A stretch of DNA of 23,936 nt, filler included, from an uncultured virus (IMG/VR IMGVR_UViG_2049941000_000296) (17 parts of one record of this genome joined end to end with filler, not necessarily neighbours in it); one strand, 5' to 3'; numbered from the whole stretch's first letter, positions 1-7,555 are shown. Numbers and translations are program-made. Notes: generated from the letters alone by a model not told the origin.

Positions 1-1
1 G

Positions 2-283
2 CCGGACCACAGGCTTGCTGTCATCTTGCTCGACAAGGACAGCAAGCCGCGACACCTGGACGAGGCCAACGCCGACCCGCTCGGCACGAAGGGCTTCATC
101 GTTCTGGTGCGCCGGACCGGCGACCCGCGACCGACCGAGGCTGAGATCGAAATGTGCAAGGCTTGGAAAAAGGCGGCAGCCGACACGGCCATCTCCCTTG
201 TGGATTTCATCATCATCTGCGGCGGCTCGCATTATTCCTTCGCCTCCGAAAAGGTGGAGGGGCCGGGCCCGAAGGGGTTCTAA
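2..283 (+). CDS. RadC/JAB-like domain protein, degenerate; 5'-truncated
   Basis: The frame is open from the window start: HRLAVILLDKDSKP...FIVLVRRTGDPRPTEAEIEMCKAWKKAAADTAISLVDFIIICGGSHYSFASE. This matches the RadC pattern vl.Ld..n / HNHPSGdp.PS..D / I.llDHiIig...y.Sf, but the metal ligands are substituted. Confidence 0.65.
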   Translation, partial: PDHRLAVILLDKDSKPRHLDEANADPLGTKGFIVLVRRTGDPRPTEAEIEMCKAWKKAAADTAISLVDFIIICGGSHYSFASEKVEGPGPKGF

Positions 284-293
284 NNNNNNNNNN

Positions 294-421
294 CACCGGC
301 TGCGGCGGCGAACTCCAGGACTGGAAGGACGGCTACGAAAGGCTCTTTGTAGAAAAGGGCATCGGGAAGCCGGTCTGCTGGTACGATTTCACCGGCGCGG
401 AAATGAACGCGGAGTACGGAC
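294..421 (+). CDS. Hypothetical phage protein, internal fragment
   Basis: Open frame TGCGGELQDWKDGYERLFVEKGIGKPVCWYDFTGAEMNAEYG between two 10-N gaps, with GC3-rich codons. Confidence 0.55.
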
Positions 422-431
422 NNNNNNNNNN

Positions 432-528
432 ATTCGAGGACTACTGCTACGACCACGACATCGACACGGTGGATGTGGACATCGACGCGGAGGATGTGTT
501 GCGTTTCAATCCGGACGCGCAGGAGTAA
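432..528 (+). CDS. Acidic hypothetical protein, C-terminal fragment
   Basis: FEDYCYDHDIDTVDVDIDAEDVLRFNPDAQE then TAA 526-528, followed by a hairpin. May belong to a different gene from 294-421. Confidence 0.5.
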
Positions 529-559
529 GGGGCCGGGCGGGTGGCACCGCCCTACCTCT
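528..559 (+). promoter_or_regulatory. Intergenic GC hairpin without U-tract
   Basis: AGGGG-cc-GGGCGG-gtggca-CCGCCC-ta-CCTCT, followed by an A/C-rich leader to ATG 586. Confidence 0.5.
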
Positions 560-670
560 CCAAACCATTCTAAATTCTTTGAGTTATGAGCACTACTGAA
601 CTTTTCCAGATGGCCTANNNNNNNNNNTCCCGACCCCTGCCAAGTTCAACCAACTAAATCTAAATGAGTT

Positions 671-868
671 ATGAAACCTATCAATTTCACGAAAGCAGAG
701 CTCGACCTTATTAGCGAGTGCGCCCTCGCGGCCATCTCGGACCTGAACGAAAGGGGCCGGAAGATGCCGCTTGAAAGCCTCCGCATCGCCGTCCAGGAAA
801 ACATCGTCAAATGCAACGCGATCATCGTAAAAATCGCAAAGCACTACGAAGAGGAGGGCGTGGAGTAA
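671..868 (+). CDS. Hypothetical helical protein (65 aa)
   Basis: ATG follows an A-rich leader; the stop overlaps the next start (TAATG 866-870). Confidence 0.7.
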   Translation: MKPINFTKAELDLISECALAAISDLNERGRKMPLESLRIAVQENIVKCNAIIVKIAKHYEEEGVE

Positions 869-1068
869 TGGCAAACGAAAAAGCAAAGGTGGGGGACCGC
901 ATCAAGATCATCCGGCTGGAAGATAATTACGACAAGACCTACCCCGGACGATGCGGGACCGTATTGCACATCGACTCCCTCGGCCAGTTGCACGGCACCT
1001 GGGGCGGTCTGGCGGTCATCCCGGAAATAGACGAGTACATCATCATCAAACACTTTAAAAGCAATTAG
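868..1068 (+). CDS. DUF4314-like small beta protein (66 aa)
   Basis: MANEKAKVGDRIKIIRLEDNYDKTYPGRCGTVLHIDSLGQLHGTWGGLAVIPEID fits G.Rv.l..m.D...G..GTV..vDd.Gq.h..W. True start is ATG 868 (TAATG coupling), not 811. Confidence 0.75.
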   Translation: MANEKAKVGDRIKIIRLEDNYDKTYPGRCGTVLHIDSLGQLHGTWGGLAVIPEIDEYIIIKHFKSN

Positions 1069-1070
1069 TT

Positions 1071-1213
1071 ATGGCAAAGGAAGTTAACAAGGACAATCTG
1101 TCAAAGTACGCGAAAGAACACTTGCACGACACGGCATCGGCGGTTTCCACCGGACTGATGGACGCAACAACCGCGAAAGGTCACATTCGCGAGCTCTTCT
1201 ACCTCTCCGCGAC
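1071..1213 (+). CDS. Hypothetical protein, 3'-truncated
   Basis: ATG 2 nt after the upstream stop; frame is open to the spacer. Confidence 0.6.
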
Positions 1214-1313
1214 NNNNNNNNNNNNNNNNNNNNNNNNNNNNNNNNNNNNNNNNNNNNTTAATTAATTAANNNNNNNNNNNNNNNNNNNNNNNNNNNNNNN
1301 NNNNNNNNNNNNN
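1214..1313. other. Artificial scaffold spacer N44-TTAATTAATTAA-N44 (first of 16)
   Basis: An identical 12-mer with stops in all six frames, centred in 100 nt, starts at 1258, 2754, 3403, 4501, 7108, 7500, 8004, 8490, 9476, 12036, 14487, 15889, 18725, 20700, 23233 and 23709. Not biological. Confidence 0.98.
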
Positions 1314-1337
1314 ACATTTCGCACTTGTTTTCAAAGG

Positions 1338-1368
1338 CAAAAATAGGAAAAAACTCCCGCTTTTCAAA
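1338..1368 (-). promoter_or_regulatory. Bacteroidota sigma-A promoter, leftward
   Basis: Minus strand reads TTTG (1368-1365), 19 nt, TATTTTTG (1345-1338), an exact fit to the -33/-7 consensus TTTG-N19-21-TAnnTTTG. Confidence 0.65.
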
Positions 1369-1794
1369 GGATTCGGAACGGATAAGTAACTAACCCGCGA
1401 GTCCTTTGAAGATCTGATGGTATGCCGCGACCTACGACAAAGAGGCGGCTGCGGTCCTGGGGTTAAGCTGAATATCCCCTTGACTTAATACGATGCGTTC
1501 CCTTGCGGATTTGAGGATTGTGTGACCTCGCACACGAAGATGGTGCGGGAAAGAAGCCTTTCCGCGATAATGATGCCTGGGAGAAAAATAGAAGCAGGAA
1601 AGGCGAAAGAAACGACCTTAAAGAAAAGAACTACTACGAAGATACAAGGTATTTGATAGGTATAAATATCGAATCGTCGCAAAGTGATTACCAAGCCTCG
1701 GAAGCCGGGGACAAAGGGATGCGCCGGAAGATAGAAAAGTCCGGTCCGGGGGCGGTTCCCGGATGCGGGCTCCATTTCCAATTTCAACAAACAA

Positions 1795-1829
1795 ATGGAC
1801 ATCAAAAAGATTACTGAACTAATCGCCGG
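1795..1829 (+). CDS. Start of a hypothetical gene (MDIKKITELIA...), truncated by gap
   Basis: ATG preceded by AATTTCAACAAACAA, a typical A-rich Bacteroidota initiation context. Confidence 0.5.
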
Positions 1830-1839
1830 NNNNNNNNNN

Positions 1840-1962
1840 GTACTTTCCCTGCCTGATGCCGGTCACGGTCTGTTGGTGCATACCGGCCTTGTCCGCAAAT
1901 GCTTTCGCGTTCCCGCCCTCAAGGACGGCGACGAGGTATTCTATTCTCTGCGCGTCGGTCAT
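1840..1962 (-). CDS. XRE-type HTH protein, 3'-truncated (absent from ORF track)
   Basis: MTDAQRIEYLVAVLEGGNAKAFADKAGMHQQTVTGIRQGKY. Starts 2 nt after the repressor stop; HTH pattern FA...G....tv..I..Gk. Confidence 0.75.
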
Positions 1963-1964
1963 AA

Positions 1965-2573
1965 TCAGTCAAGAGTTATCGCACCGTTCACAAGTGCTAT
2001 CGAAACGATGTCCTCCTTCGGCACATCGAACGGTGCGTAGGAGGGGTTGTCGGAGACGCAAGTTATCCAGGCGGGATCGTCCGCCGGGCGCACCCGCTTA
2101 ATCATTATCCCCTGGCTCCGCGTCCCAATCACATACACCCGCCCCCATTGGAGGAAATAGGTCGCGTCCATCGGGATCTTCTTGCAGGCGACCAGGTCTC
2201 CGCCGTTGTATTTCGGAGTCATTGAATCGCCCTTGACGCGGANNNNNNNNNNCTGGTCGTCGTAGGACGGCAGACCCGGACCCGCGAAAGCCTCAAGCGG
2301 GATAAGGGGGAGTGTGTGCCCGGAAGAAGATGGGGGCGGGGTGGGGGTTGGTGTCATTTCCCCCTCGCCAAGAATCAGCCAGCTTGGGGAAATTCCCAAA
2401 TCCGAAGCAAGTATGTCGTAGATGAGATTGAAGCCAGGTTGCGATTGCTTCCCGCCTATGATGTCTTTGATAGCCTCCACCGGCCTTCCGATCCGTCGGC
2501 AAAATTCCGACTTGTTTCCAGCGCATAGGGCATCTACGGCCCTTTGAATGCGTTCCCCGATTGTCCTGTCCAT
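1965..2573 (-). CDS. CI/LexA-like phage repressor (HTH plus S24 peptidase); internal gap
   Basis: N-terminal HTH ending ISPSWLILGEGEM; Pro-rich linker; AFAG cleavage site; VKGDSMTP (catalytic Ser); IMIKRV (Lys); SDNPSY. Confidence 0.93.
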   Translation of the reverse strand: MDRTIGERIQRAVDALCAGNKSEFCRRIGRPVEAIKDIIGGKQSQPGFNLIYDILASDLGISPSWLILGEGEMTPTPTPPPSSSGHTLPLIPLEAFAGPGLPSYDDQXXXXRVKGDSMTPKYNGGDLVACKKIPMDATYFLQWGRVYVIGTRSQGIMIKRVRPADDPAWITCVSDNPSYAPFDVPKEDIVSIALVNGAITLD

Positions 2574-2625
2574 AACTCAATAAATTAGGTTCAAAGAAAG
2601 GTCCGGGGCTTTCTAAAAAAAATTA

Positions 2626-2674
2626 TTTGCGAAATTTCCCTAAAAAGTTTTGGAGGTTTGGGAAATATCCCTAA
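2626..2674. promoter_or_regulatory. Two 18-bp quasi-palindromic operator-like sites
   Basis: TTTGCGAAATTTCCCTAA (2626-2643) and TTTGGGAAATATCCCTAA (2657-2674): 16/18 identical, 31 bp apart. The second fills the promoter spacer. Confidence 0.75.
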
Positions 2675-2681
2675 CTTTGCA
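2649..2681 (+). promoter_or_regulatory. Bacteroidota sigma-A promoter divergent from the repressor (PR-like)
   Basis: TTTG (2649-2652), 19 nt, TAACTTTG (2672-2679), then CA. Confidence 0.85.
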
Positions 2682-2809
2682 TTCGGGTTTAGTAAGTAAG
2701 TAACCTACCNNNNNNNNNNNNNNNNNNNNNNNNNNNNNNNNNNNNNNNNNNNNTTAATTAATTAANNNNNNNNNNNNNNNNNNNNNNNNNNNNNNNNNNN
2801 NNNNNNNNN

Positions 2810-3268
2810 AAATGCTATTGTCTGCACATTGACAAGAAAGAACGCACCATAAAAGGCCTCGTTCCGATCGAACCCGTGAGCGAGGCCGAGGTGGATGCGC
2901 TCCTCCTTGCTGAAAAGGAAGGCCGGATCTACATCGACCAATACGAAGAGCCGTCCGCTGAACTCGTCCTGACAGATGCGGAACTGACCGCCTATGTCAC
3001 CCAACAGGCCGAGATTGCCAGGCTCAAGGAGCAGATCAAGGCCATTGAGGAAACGATCAAGGGCCTGGATGCCCGCGTCCTCGACTATATGACCAAGAAC
3101 AACCTCGAGGTCCTTGAGGGCGGCGGTGGCGTGTTCAAGGTAAAGAAAGCCTACGAACGGACTGCCGTTGACACCGCACGGCTCAAGAAGATGCAACCCG
3201 GCATCTACGAGCAATACAAAAAGACCACTACCGTGGCCGCAAGTCTCACATTCAAACCAAACGAATAA
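2810..3268 (+). CDS. Probable phage recombination nuclease (PD-(D/E)XK/YqaJ-like), C-terminal part
   Basis: Frame is open from 2810 (KCYCLHIDKK...). Coiled coil followed by ERTAVDTARLKKMQPGIYEQYKKTT, resembling YqaJ-type C-termini; lies upstream of ssb. The catalytic core is not in view. Confidence 0.5.
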   Translation, partial: KCYCLHIDKKERTIKGLVPIEPVSEAEVDALLLAEKEGRIYIDQYEEPSAELVLTDAELTAYVTQQAEIARLKEQIKAIEETIKGLDARVLDYMTKNNLEVLEGGGGVFKVKKAYERTAVDTARLKKMQPGIYEQYKKTTTVAASLTFKPNE

Positions 3269-3358
3269 TGCCTTCTTTGAATCTCTGCCAATTCATTGGC
3301 CATTGTGGCGCAGACCCGGAGGTGCGCTACTTTGAAAACGGCAACAAGATTGCCACCA
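3268..3358 (+). CDS. ssb: Single-stranded DNA-binding protein, N-terminal fragment
   Basis: MPSLNLCQFIGHCGADPEVRYFENGNKIAT fits the SSB pattern lN.v.liG.lg.DPevRy..nG..va; TAATG coupling to the upstream gene. Confidence 0.9.
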
Positions 3359-3458
3359 NNNNNNNNNNNNNNNNNNNNNNNNNNNNNNNNNNNNNNNNNN
3401 NNTTAATTAATTAANNNNNNNNNNNNNNNNNNNNNNNNNNNNNNNNNNNNNNNNNNNN

Positions 3459-4223
3459 CCGTCCCAGGGAAAGACAGCCGTTATGCTTCAATTCGCAAAG
3501 GCGGCGGCACAGAACGGGAGGCAAACCCTTGTATTCACCCTTGAAATGACGAAGCAGGAGCTTGGCCGAAGGCTTCTTTTCTCCACCGGCCTTGTGTCGC
3601 AAGAGGATTTGATGGGGTCGAAAGTGAATTGGGACAACTACACGATGGCCGAGACGCAGATCTGCAAACTCCCGATCTATATCAACGACGAGGCAAGGAC
3701 GATGCAAGCTATCCTTTCCAGGATTACCGTTGCAGTCAATCAGGGTCTGTGCAATATCGCTATGATTGACTACCTGGGGCTTATGAATTTCGATGCAAAC
3801 TCGCATCTGACCCTTGCACAACAAATCGGTTTCGCCACGAAGGAGTTGAAAGATGCCGCCAAGCGGCTCGGAATCCCGATCGTCCTCCTTGTCCAGCTGA
3901 ACCGCGAATCGGTAAAAGACGGTAGGCCGCCTGAACTTCACGATCTCCGAGACTCCGGTGCGATAGAGCAAGATGCAGACATCGTGTTGATGCTGGCGCA
4001 ACGGTACGATGCGGGAATGTCGAAAGAGAACGGTGACACCCCGTTCCTTGACATTTGGGTGCGGAAGAACAGGCAGTACAAGAAAGACATCAAGATAGTA
4101 ACCGTCCCTAACGAGTCGTACACGAAGTTCATTGAGCAAGCAAGGCTGTCGGAATACGCACCGCCGCAAGAAAGATACAATCCGGGCGGGGAATCACGCG
4201 AAATCGACAACGATCCATTCTAA
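3459..4223 (+). CDS. dnaB: Replicative DnaB-like helicase, C-terminal ATPase domain; 5'-truncated
   Basis: PSQGKTA (Walker A), FTLEM, MIDYLGLM, LVQLNR, DLRDSGAIEQDADIV, VRKNR. Confidence 0.95.
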   Translation, partial: PSQGKTAVMLQFAKAAAQNGRQTLVFTLEMTKQELGRRLLFSTGLVSQEDLMGSKVNWDNYTMAETQICKLPIYINDEARTMQAILSRITVAVNQGLCNIAMIDYLGLMNFDANSHLTLAQQIGFATKELKDAAKRLGIPIVLLVQLNRESVKDGRPPELHDLRDSGAIEQDADIVLMLAQRYDAGMSKENGDTPFLDIWVRKNRQYKKDIKIVTVPNESYTKFIEQARLSEYAPPQERYNPGGESREIDNDPF

Positions 4224-4399
4224 TGAGAGTAACACCATTTTCAATCGTAAAGGCTTTGGAGGTAGGGGACTCCACATCCCTGCCCTCCGAAAAGGCCTAT
4301 GCCGCCAAGTGCGCCGTGTCGTACCTTGAGGCGGAGTACGAACGCACATTCTCCGTCTATCAGGACGGGGAGAAGATAACCATCAAAAGACTTACATAA
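4223..4399 (+). CDS. Small hypothetical protein (58 aa; absent from ORF track)
   Basis: MRVTPFSIVKALEVGDSTSLP...RTFSVYQDGEKITIKRLT; TAATG-coupled to the helicase. Next gene begins at 4402. Confidence 0.7.
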   Translation: MRVTPFSIVKALEVGDSTSLPSEKAYAAKCAVSYLEAEYERTFSVYQDGEKITIKRLT

Positions 4400-4556
4400 A
4401 AATGAAACCACAAACGACAGCCATTCTCTACAAGGTTCAGGGCAAGCTGGAAGAACNNNNNNNNNNNNNNNNNNNNNNNNNNNNNNNNNNNNNNNNNNNN
4501 TTAATTAATTAANNNNNNNNNNNNNNNNNNNNNNNNNNNNNNNNNNNNNNNNNNNN

Positions 4557-4847
4557 CTTCCAAAAGCCGGGAGAATGATCCAGGATGCTCTTGATAAAAA
4601 AGGGTGGACGCAATTTAAACTTGCACAAATGATTGGCATGCCGTCTCCGGTTCTTAATGATTACATCTCCGGGAAAAGACTTGGCATCAATCCCAGGCAA
4701 GTCATAAGAATAGCCCTACCACTTGGACTTGACCCGCACGAACTTGCAACTTCTTTTGTGAACCATTCAATAGATATTGAAATGGAAAAGTTGCTTAATA
4801 CCTTCAAGGTATGGACCGCAAGCGACAATGATAAAGATGAAGACTAA
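4557..4847 (+). CDS. XRE/HigA-like HTH protein (start at 4575 or within the gap)
   Basis: GRMIQDALDKKGWTQFKLAQMIGMPSPVLNDYISGKR is a classic XRE HTH. Confidence 0.8.
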   Translation, partial: LPKAGRMIQDALDKKGWTQFKLAQMIGMPSPVLNDYISGKRLGINPRQVIRIALPLGLDPHELATSFVNHSIDIEMEKLLNTFKVWTASDNDKDED

Positions 4848-5007
4848 CTACCTACTTTGTTCCGGCGAGGCTTGCCCGTTACGTATGTCCTGCAACCGCC
4901 ACCAAGAGTGGCTAAACAATGAGGATTTTGAAGCACCAGAAATGACACCGGACTACCACGACGGCGAATGTTACGCGTTCGCCCCGAAACCACAATACGG
5001 AAACTAA
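4837..5007 (+). CDS. Small Cys-rich phage protein
   Basis: MKTNYLLCSGEACPLRMSCNRH...ECYAF carries a C-x4-CP-x4-C-x-R...C motif, a possible metal site. Confidence 0.65.
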   Translation: MKTNYLLCSGEACPLRMSCNRHQEWLNNEDFEAPEMTPDYHDGECYAFAPKPQYGN

Positions 5008-5010
5008 ACT

Positions 5011-5503
5011 ATGCCAAAGAGATTGGACATTAAAGAAGGCACCAGATATGGTCGCCTTGTTGTGATTAAAGAAGTAGAACCTCGCAAAGTGTCTCGCGGA
5101 CACGATAGGCAATTCCTATGCAAGTGTGATTGCGGGAATATGGTCGTAACCTTGTTGCGTTCTTTGAGATTTGGGCGCACATCATCTTGCGGGTGCAAAC
5201 AACGGGAGTCTGCCACAAGCATAGGTGGTAGCAAAAGAATATGCCCAAACAACGACACGGCGAGGAGGATTTACTCAATATGGAGGGGTATGAAAAGCCG
5301 TTGTTATTGTAAGGCGAATAGCACCTACGACAACTATGGAGGTAAAGGAATCTCGGTTTGCGACGAGTGGCGAAATGAATTTCTCGCGTTCTATCGTTGG
5401 TCTATGGAACACGGATATAAGGACGGGTTGACCATAGACAGAATTGATGGTCGTGGAAATTATGAGCCGTCTAACTGTCGATGGGCGACAATGAAAGTCC
5501 AAG
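5011..5503 (+). CDS. HNH-like phage homing endonuclease, N-terminal and core part
   Basis: YGRLVVI, CKCDCGN, SCGC, IWRGMKSRC, YGGKGISVCDEW, TIDRIDGRGNYEPSNCRWAT. Confidence 0.88.
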
Positions 5504-5513
5504 NNNNNNNNNN

Positions 5514-5864
5514 CACCGTCCTGGTGGAAGATATAGACCAGCAACTCAAAGCACAAGGAAACCGATTCCACCGCGAGAAGAAACAATACATCAAGAACTA
5601 CGCACGGAGCCTTGAACAAGCAAGGTATTGGATGGAAAAATTCGGGCTTGACACCTCTTGCTGGGAGGCGGTCGGGGAAGATGGACGCGCATACTCAAAT
5701 GTGATTGCCGATGCAAACGAACTGATCCGCCTCGTTATGCTCTACATTGACCGCGCACATGCGGAAGATGGCTACTATAAGATTTTTCGCTTCCTTCGTT
5801 CCTTGCCAGAGAACGGAATATTCCCCGAATGGTACATCGGCCGTTTCAATATGCACCATGTATG
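5514..5864 (+). CDS. Hypothetical helical phage protein fragment (misplaced contig)
   Basis: Open frame TVLVEDIDQQLKAQG...YYKIFRFLRSLPENGIF, unrelated to the flanking HNH halves. Confidence 0.6.
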
Positions 5865-5874
5865 NNNNNNNNNN

Positions 5875-6061
5875 TGTACTCATCACCCACGGTGGAGAGA
5901 CTCATACCGTTACGGAGTGGAGTAGGATAACCGGCATAAACAGAACCACGCTTCAACTCCGTATGAAAAACGGCTGGGATGACGATATGTTGTTCTCAAA
6001 ACCGATGCTTGGTGGAAAAAGAATAAAGGGACAATGCTATGGAAGGAAACAACAAAAATGA
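5875..6061 (+). CDS. C-terminal DNA-binding part of the HNH endonuclease
   Basis: VLITHGGETHTVTEWSRITGINRTTLQLRMKNGW is the usual tail of the family seen at 5011-5503. Confidence 0.8.
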
Positions 6062-6106
6062 GGGCAAGCACCCACCTTTGAATTGGCTCGTCAATGNNNN
6101 NNNNNN

Positions 6107-6568
6107 GACGATACTACTGATAATATTCGCACTCTGCACATTCGCCCTGCTCGTTTGGGTACTCTGGAAGATGACCGAACTTGACGAACGCCAGGAGGAA
6201 CTGGACAAGTATTCAGTCCACCTGGACGAAAGGGCGAACCGAATAGCGGCAGAGGAGGGAACCCTACGAAACCTTTCCGTATCGTTCAAGCGCGAGATTG
6301 ATGCCTTCCACAACCGCGACATCTACACCGCATCCTACACCGAAACCGATTCGGATTTGATGAAATACACCACCGATGCGTCGATGGCATCCCNNNNNNN
6401 NNNNNNNNNNNNNNNNNNNNNNNNNNNNNNNNNNNNNNNNNNNNNNNNNNAAGGCACATCGCGAACGCCATCGCACAGGACATCGTCAAGCAGTTCAAGG
6501 CCATAGAGAGCAAGACCGAGGACGGCAGGCGGCGGTTCACCTACAAGTTCAAGATCGTGGAACAATGA
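6107..6568 (+). CDS. Membrane-anchored coiled-coil hypothetical protein (gapped)
   Basis: TM segment ILLIIFALCTFALLVWVLW, then a coiled coil. After the gap, RHIANAIAQDIVKQF...FTYKFKIVEQ ends at TGA 6566-6568; the join across the gap is assumed. Confidence 0.55.
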
Positions 6569-6753
6569 CACAANNNNNNNNNNNNNNNNNNNNNNNNNNN
6601 NNNNNNNNNNNNNNNNNNNNNNNNNNNNNNNNNNNNNNNNNNNNNNNNNNNNNNNNNNNNNNNNNNNNNNNNNNNNNNNNNNNNNNNNNNNNNNNNGTTG
6701 CAACAATTCAAGAGGTTTGAGGAACTATTGTTAAACGATTAAATACAAAAGAA

Positions 6754-7020
6754 ATGGAAGTTGTCATTGAAATCAAGGAGAAAAAATTGAGGGACGATTA
6801 TTTCCCTTGCTTGTTTGCCAACAACAACAAAAGTGTTGTAATTTTGGCAGACGGAAGAACATCCGAAAAGACTTTTTCCGGGATGGTTATCTACGCCGCC
6901 GGGGACGACCGCAAAAGGGCGGCACTCGGCACTTATTCTACCGGGTGGACATACTCACAATTCACAAGGTTGCCGAAAGGTTCGGAAATAACTCTTTGCA
7001 TCACGCAGGAAAATGGATAG
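6754..7020 (+). CDS. Hypothetical protein (88 aa)
   Basis: Complete ORF with A-rich leader; overlaps the next start at about 7013. Confidence 0.7.
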   Translation: MEVVIEIKEKKLRDDYFPCLFANNNKSVVILADGRTSEKTFSGMVIYAAGDDRKRAALGTYSTGWTYSQFTRLPKGSEITLCITQENG

Positions 7021-7178
7021 AATCAAAGAGTCGGATTACATCGTTCTATCAATATCCGGTTGTNNNNNNNNNNNNNNNNNNNNNNNNNNNNNNNNNNNNN
7101 NNNNNNNTTAATTAATTAANNNNNNNNNNNNNNNNNNNNNNNNNNNNNNNNNNNNNNNNNNNNAAGCCTACTGACGGA

Positions 7179-7283
7179 CTATTTCAATCTCTCTGCGTAT
7201 TGCTTCGGGGCGAGGGTTTCCTCCGGCTTGATGTAAGCCTTGTTCGTGAAAAGAAGAATGGCGGCGATGATCATTTGGGTCAT
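7179..7283 (-). CDS. Small peptide (34 aa) with hydrophobic N-terminus
   Basis: MTQMIIAAILLFTNKAYIKPEETLAPKQYAERLK; ATG 11 nt after the upstream stop in an AATAATT context. Confidence 0.45.
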   Translation of the reverse strand: MTQMIIAAILLFTNKAYIKPEETLAPKQYAERLK

Positions 7284-7294
7284 AATTATTGCGG

Positions 7295-7455
7295 TTAAAA
7301 TGAATAGCCAAATGTCGCACCAACTCCCGCGTATGGCTGGAACCCTTTCGGAGTGAAACCGACTCCCAACTGCGGGCCGAGTGTCCAACTCCAATGCTTG
7401 CGGTAGGGGACGGCCACGAATGTCTCCTTCTGCCTTATCCAGATGTCAGTCATCT
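7295..7455 (-). CDS. C-terminus of DUF6808-like lysis-cassette protein (absent from ORF track)
   Basis: MTDIWIRQKETFVAVPYRKHWSWTLGPQLGVGFTPKGFQPYAGVGATFGYSF then stop. Plausibly continues 9865-10236. Confidence 0.75.
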
Positions 7456-7555
7456 NNNNNNNNNNNNNNNNNNNNNNNNNNNNNNNNNNNNNNNNNNNNT
7501 TAATTAATTAANNNNNNNNNNNNNNNNNNNNNNNNNNNNNNNNNNNNNNNNNNNN

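Noticed and set aside
1414..1480. Hammerhead, HDV-like or twister ribozyme
   Set aside because: The sequence is CTGATGG rather than CTGANGA, there is no suitably placed GAAA, and the core motifs of the other classes do not match by eye.
1745..1774. tRNA or tmRNA 3' end (T-arm-like hairpin followed by CTCCA)
   Set aside because: The loop lacks TTC, and I found no matching acceptor 5' strand, cloverleaf or tag reading frame.
1485..1817. ORFs 1518-1817 (+) and 1485-1805 (-) as genes
   Set aside because: Weak start contexts, no recognisable motifs, and overlap with a better start at 1795. Not fully excluded.
5011..5925. HNH fused to a novel domain, or an intein-like insertion
   Set aside because: The insert is bounded by 10-N gaps, has no intein motifs, and the real HNH tail resumes at 5875.
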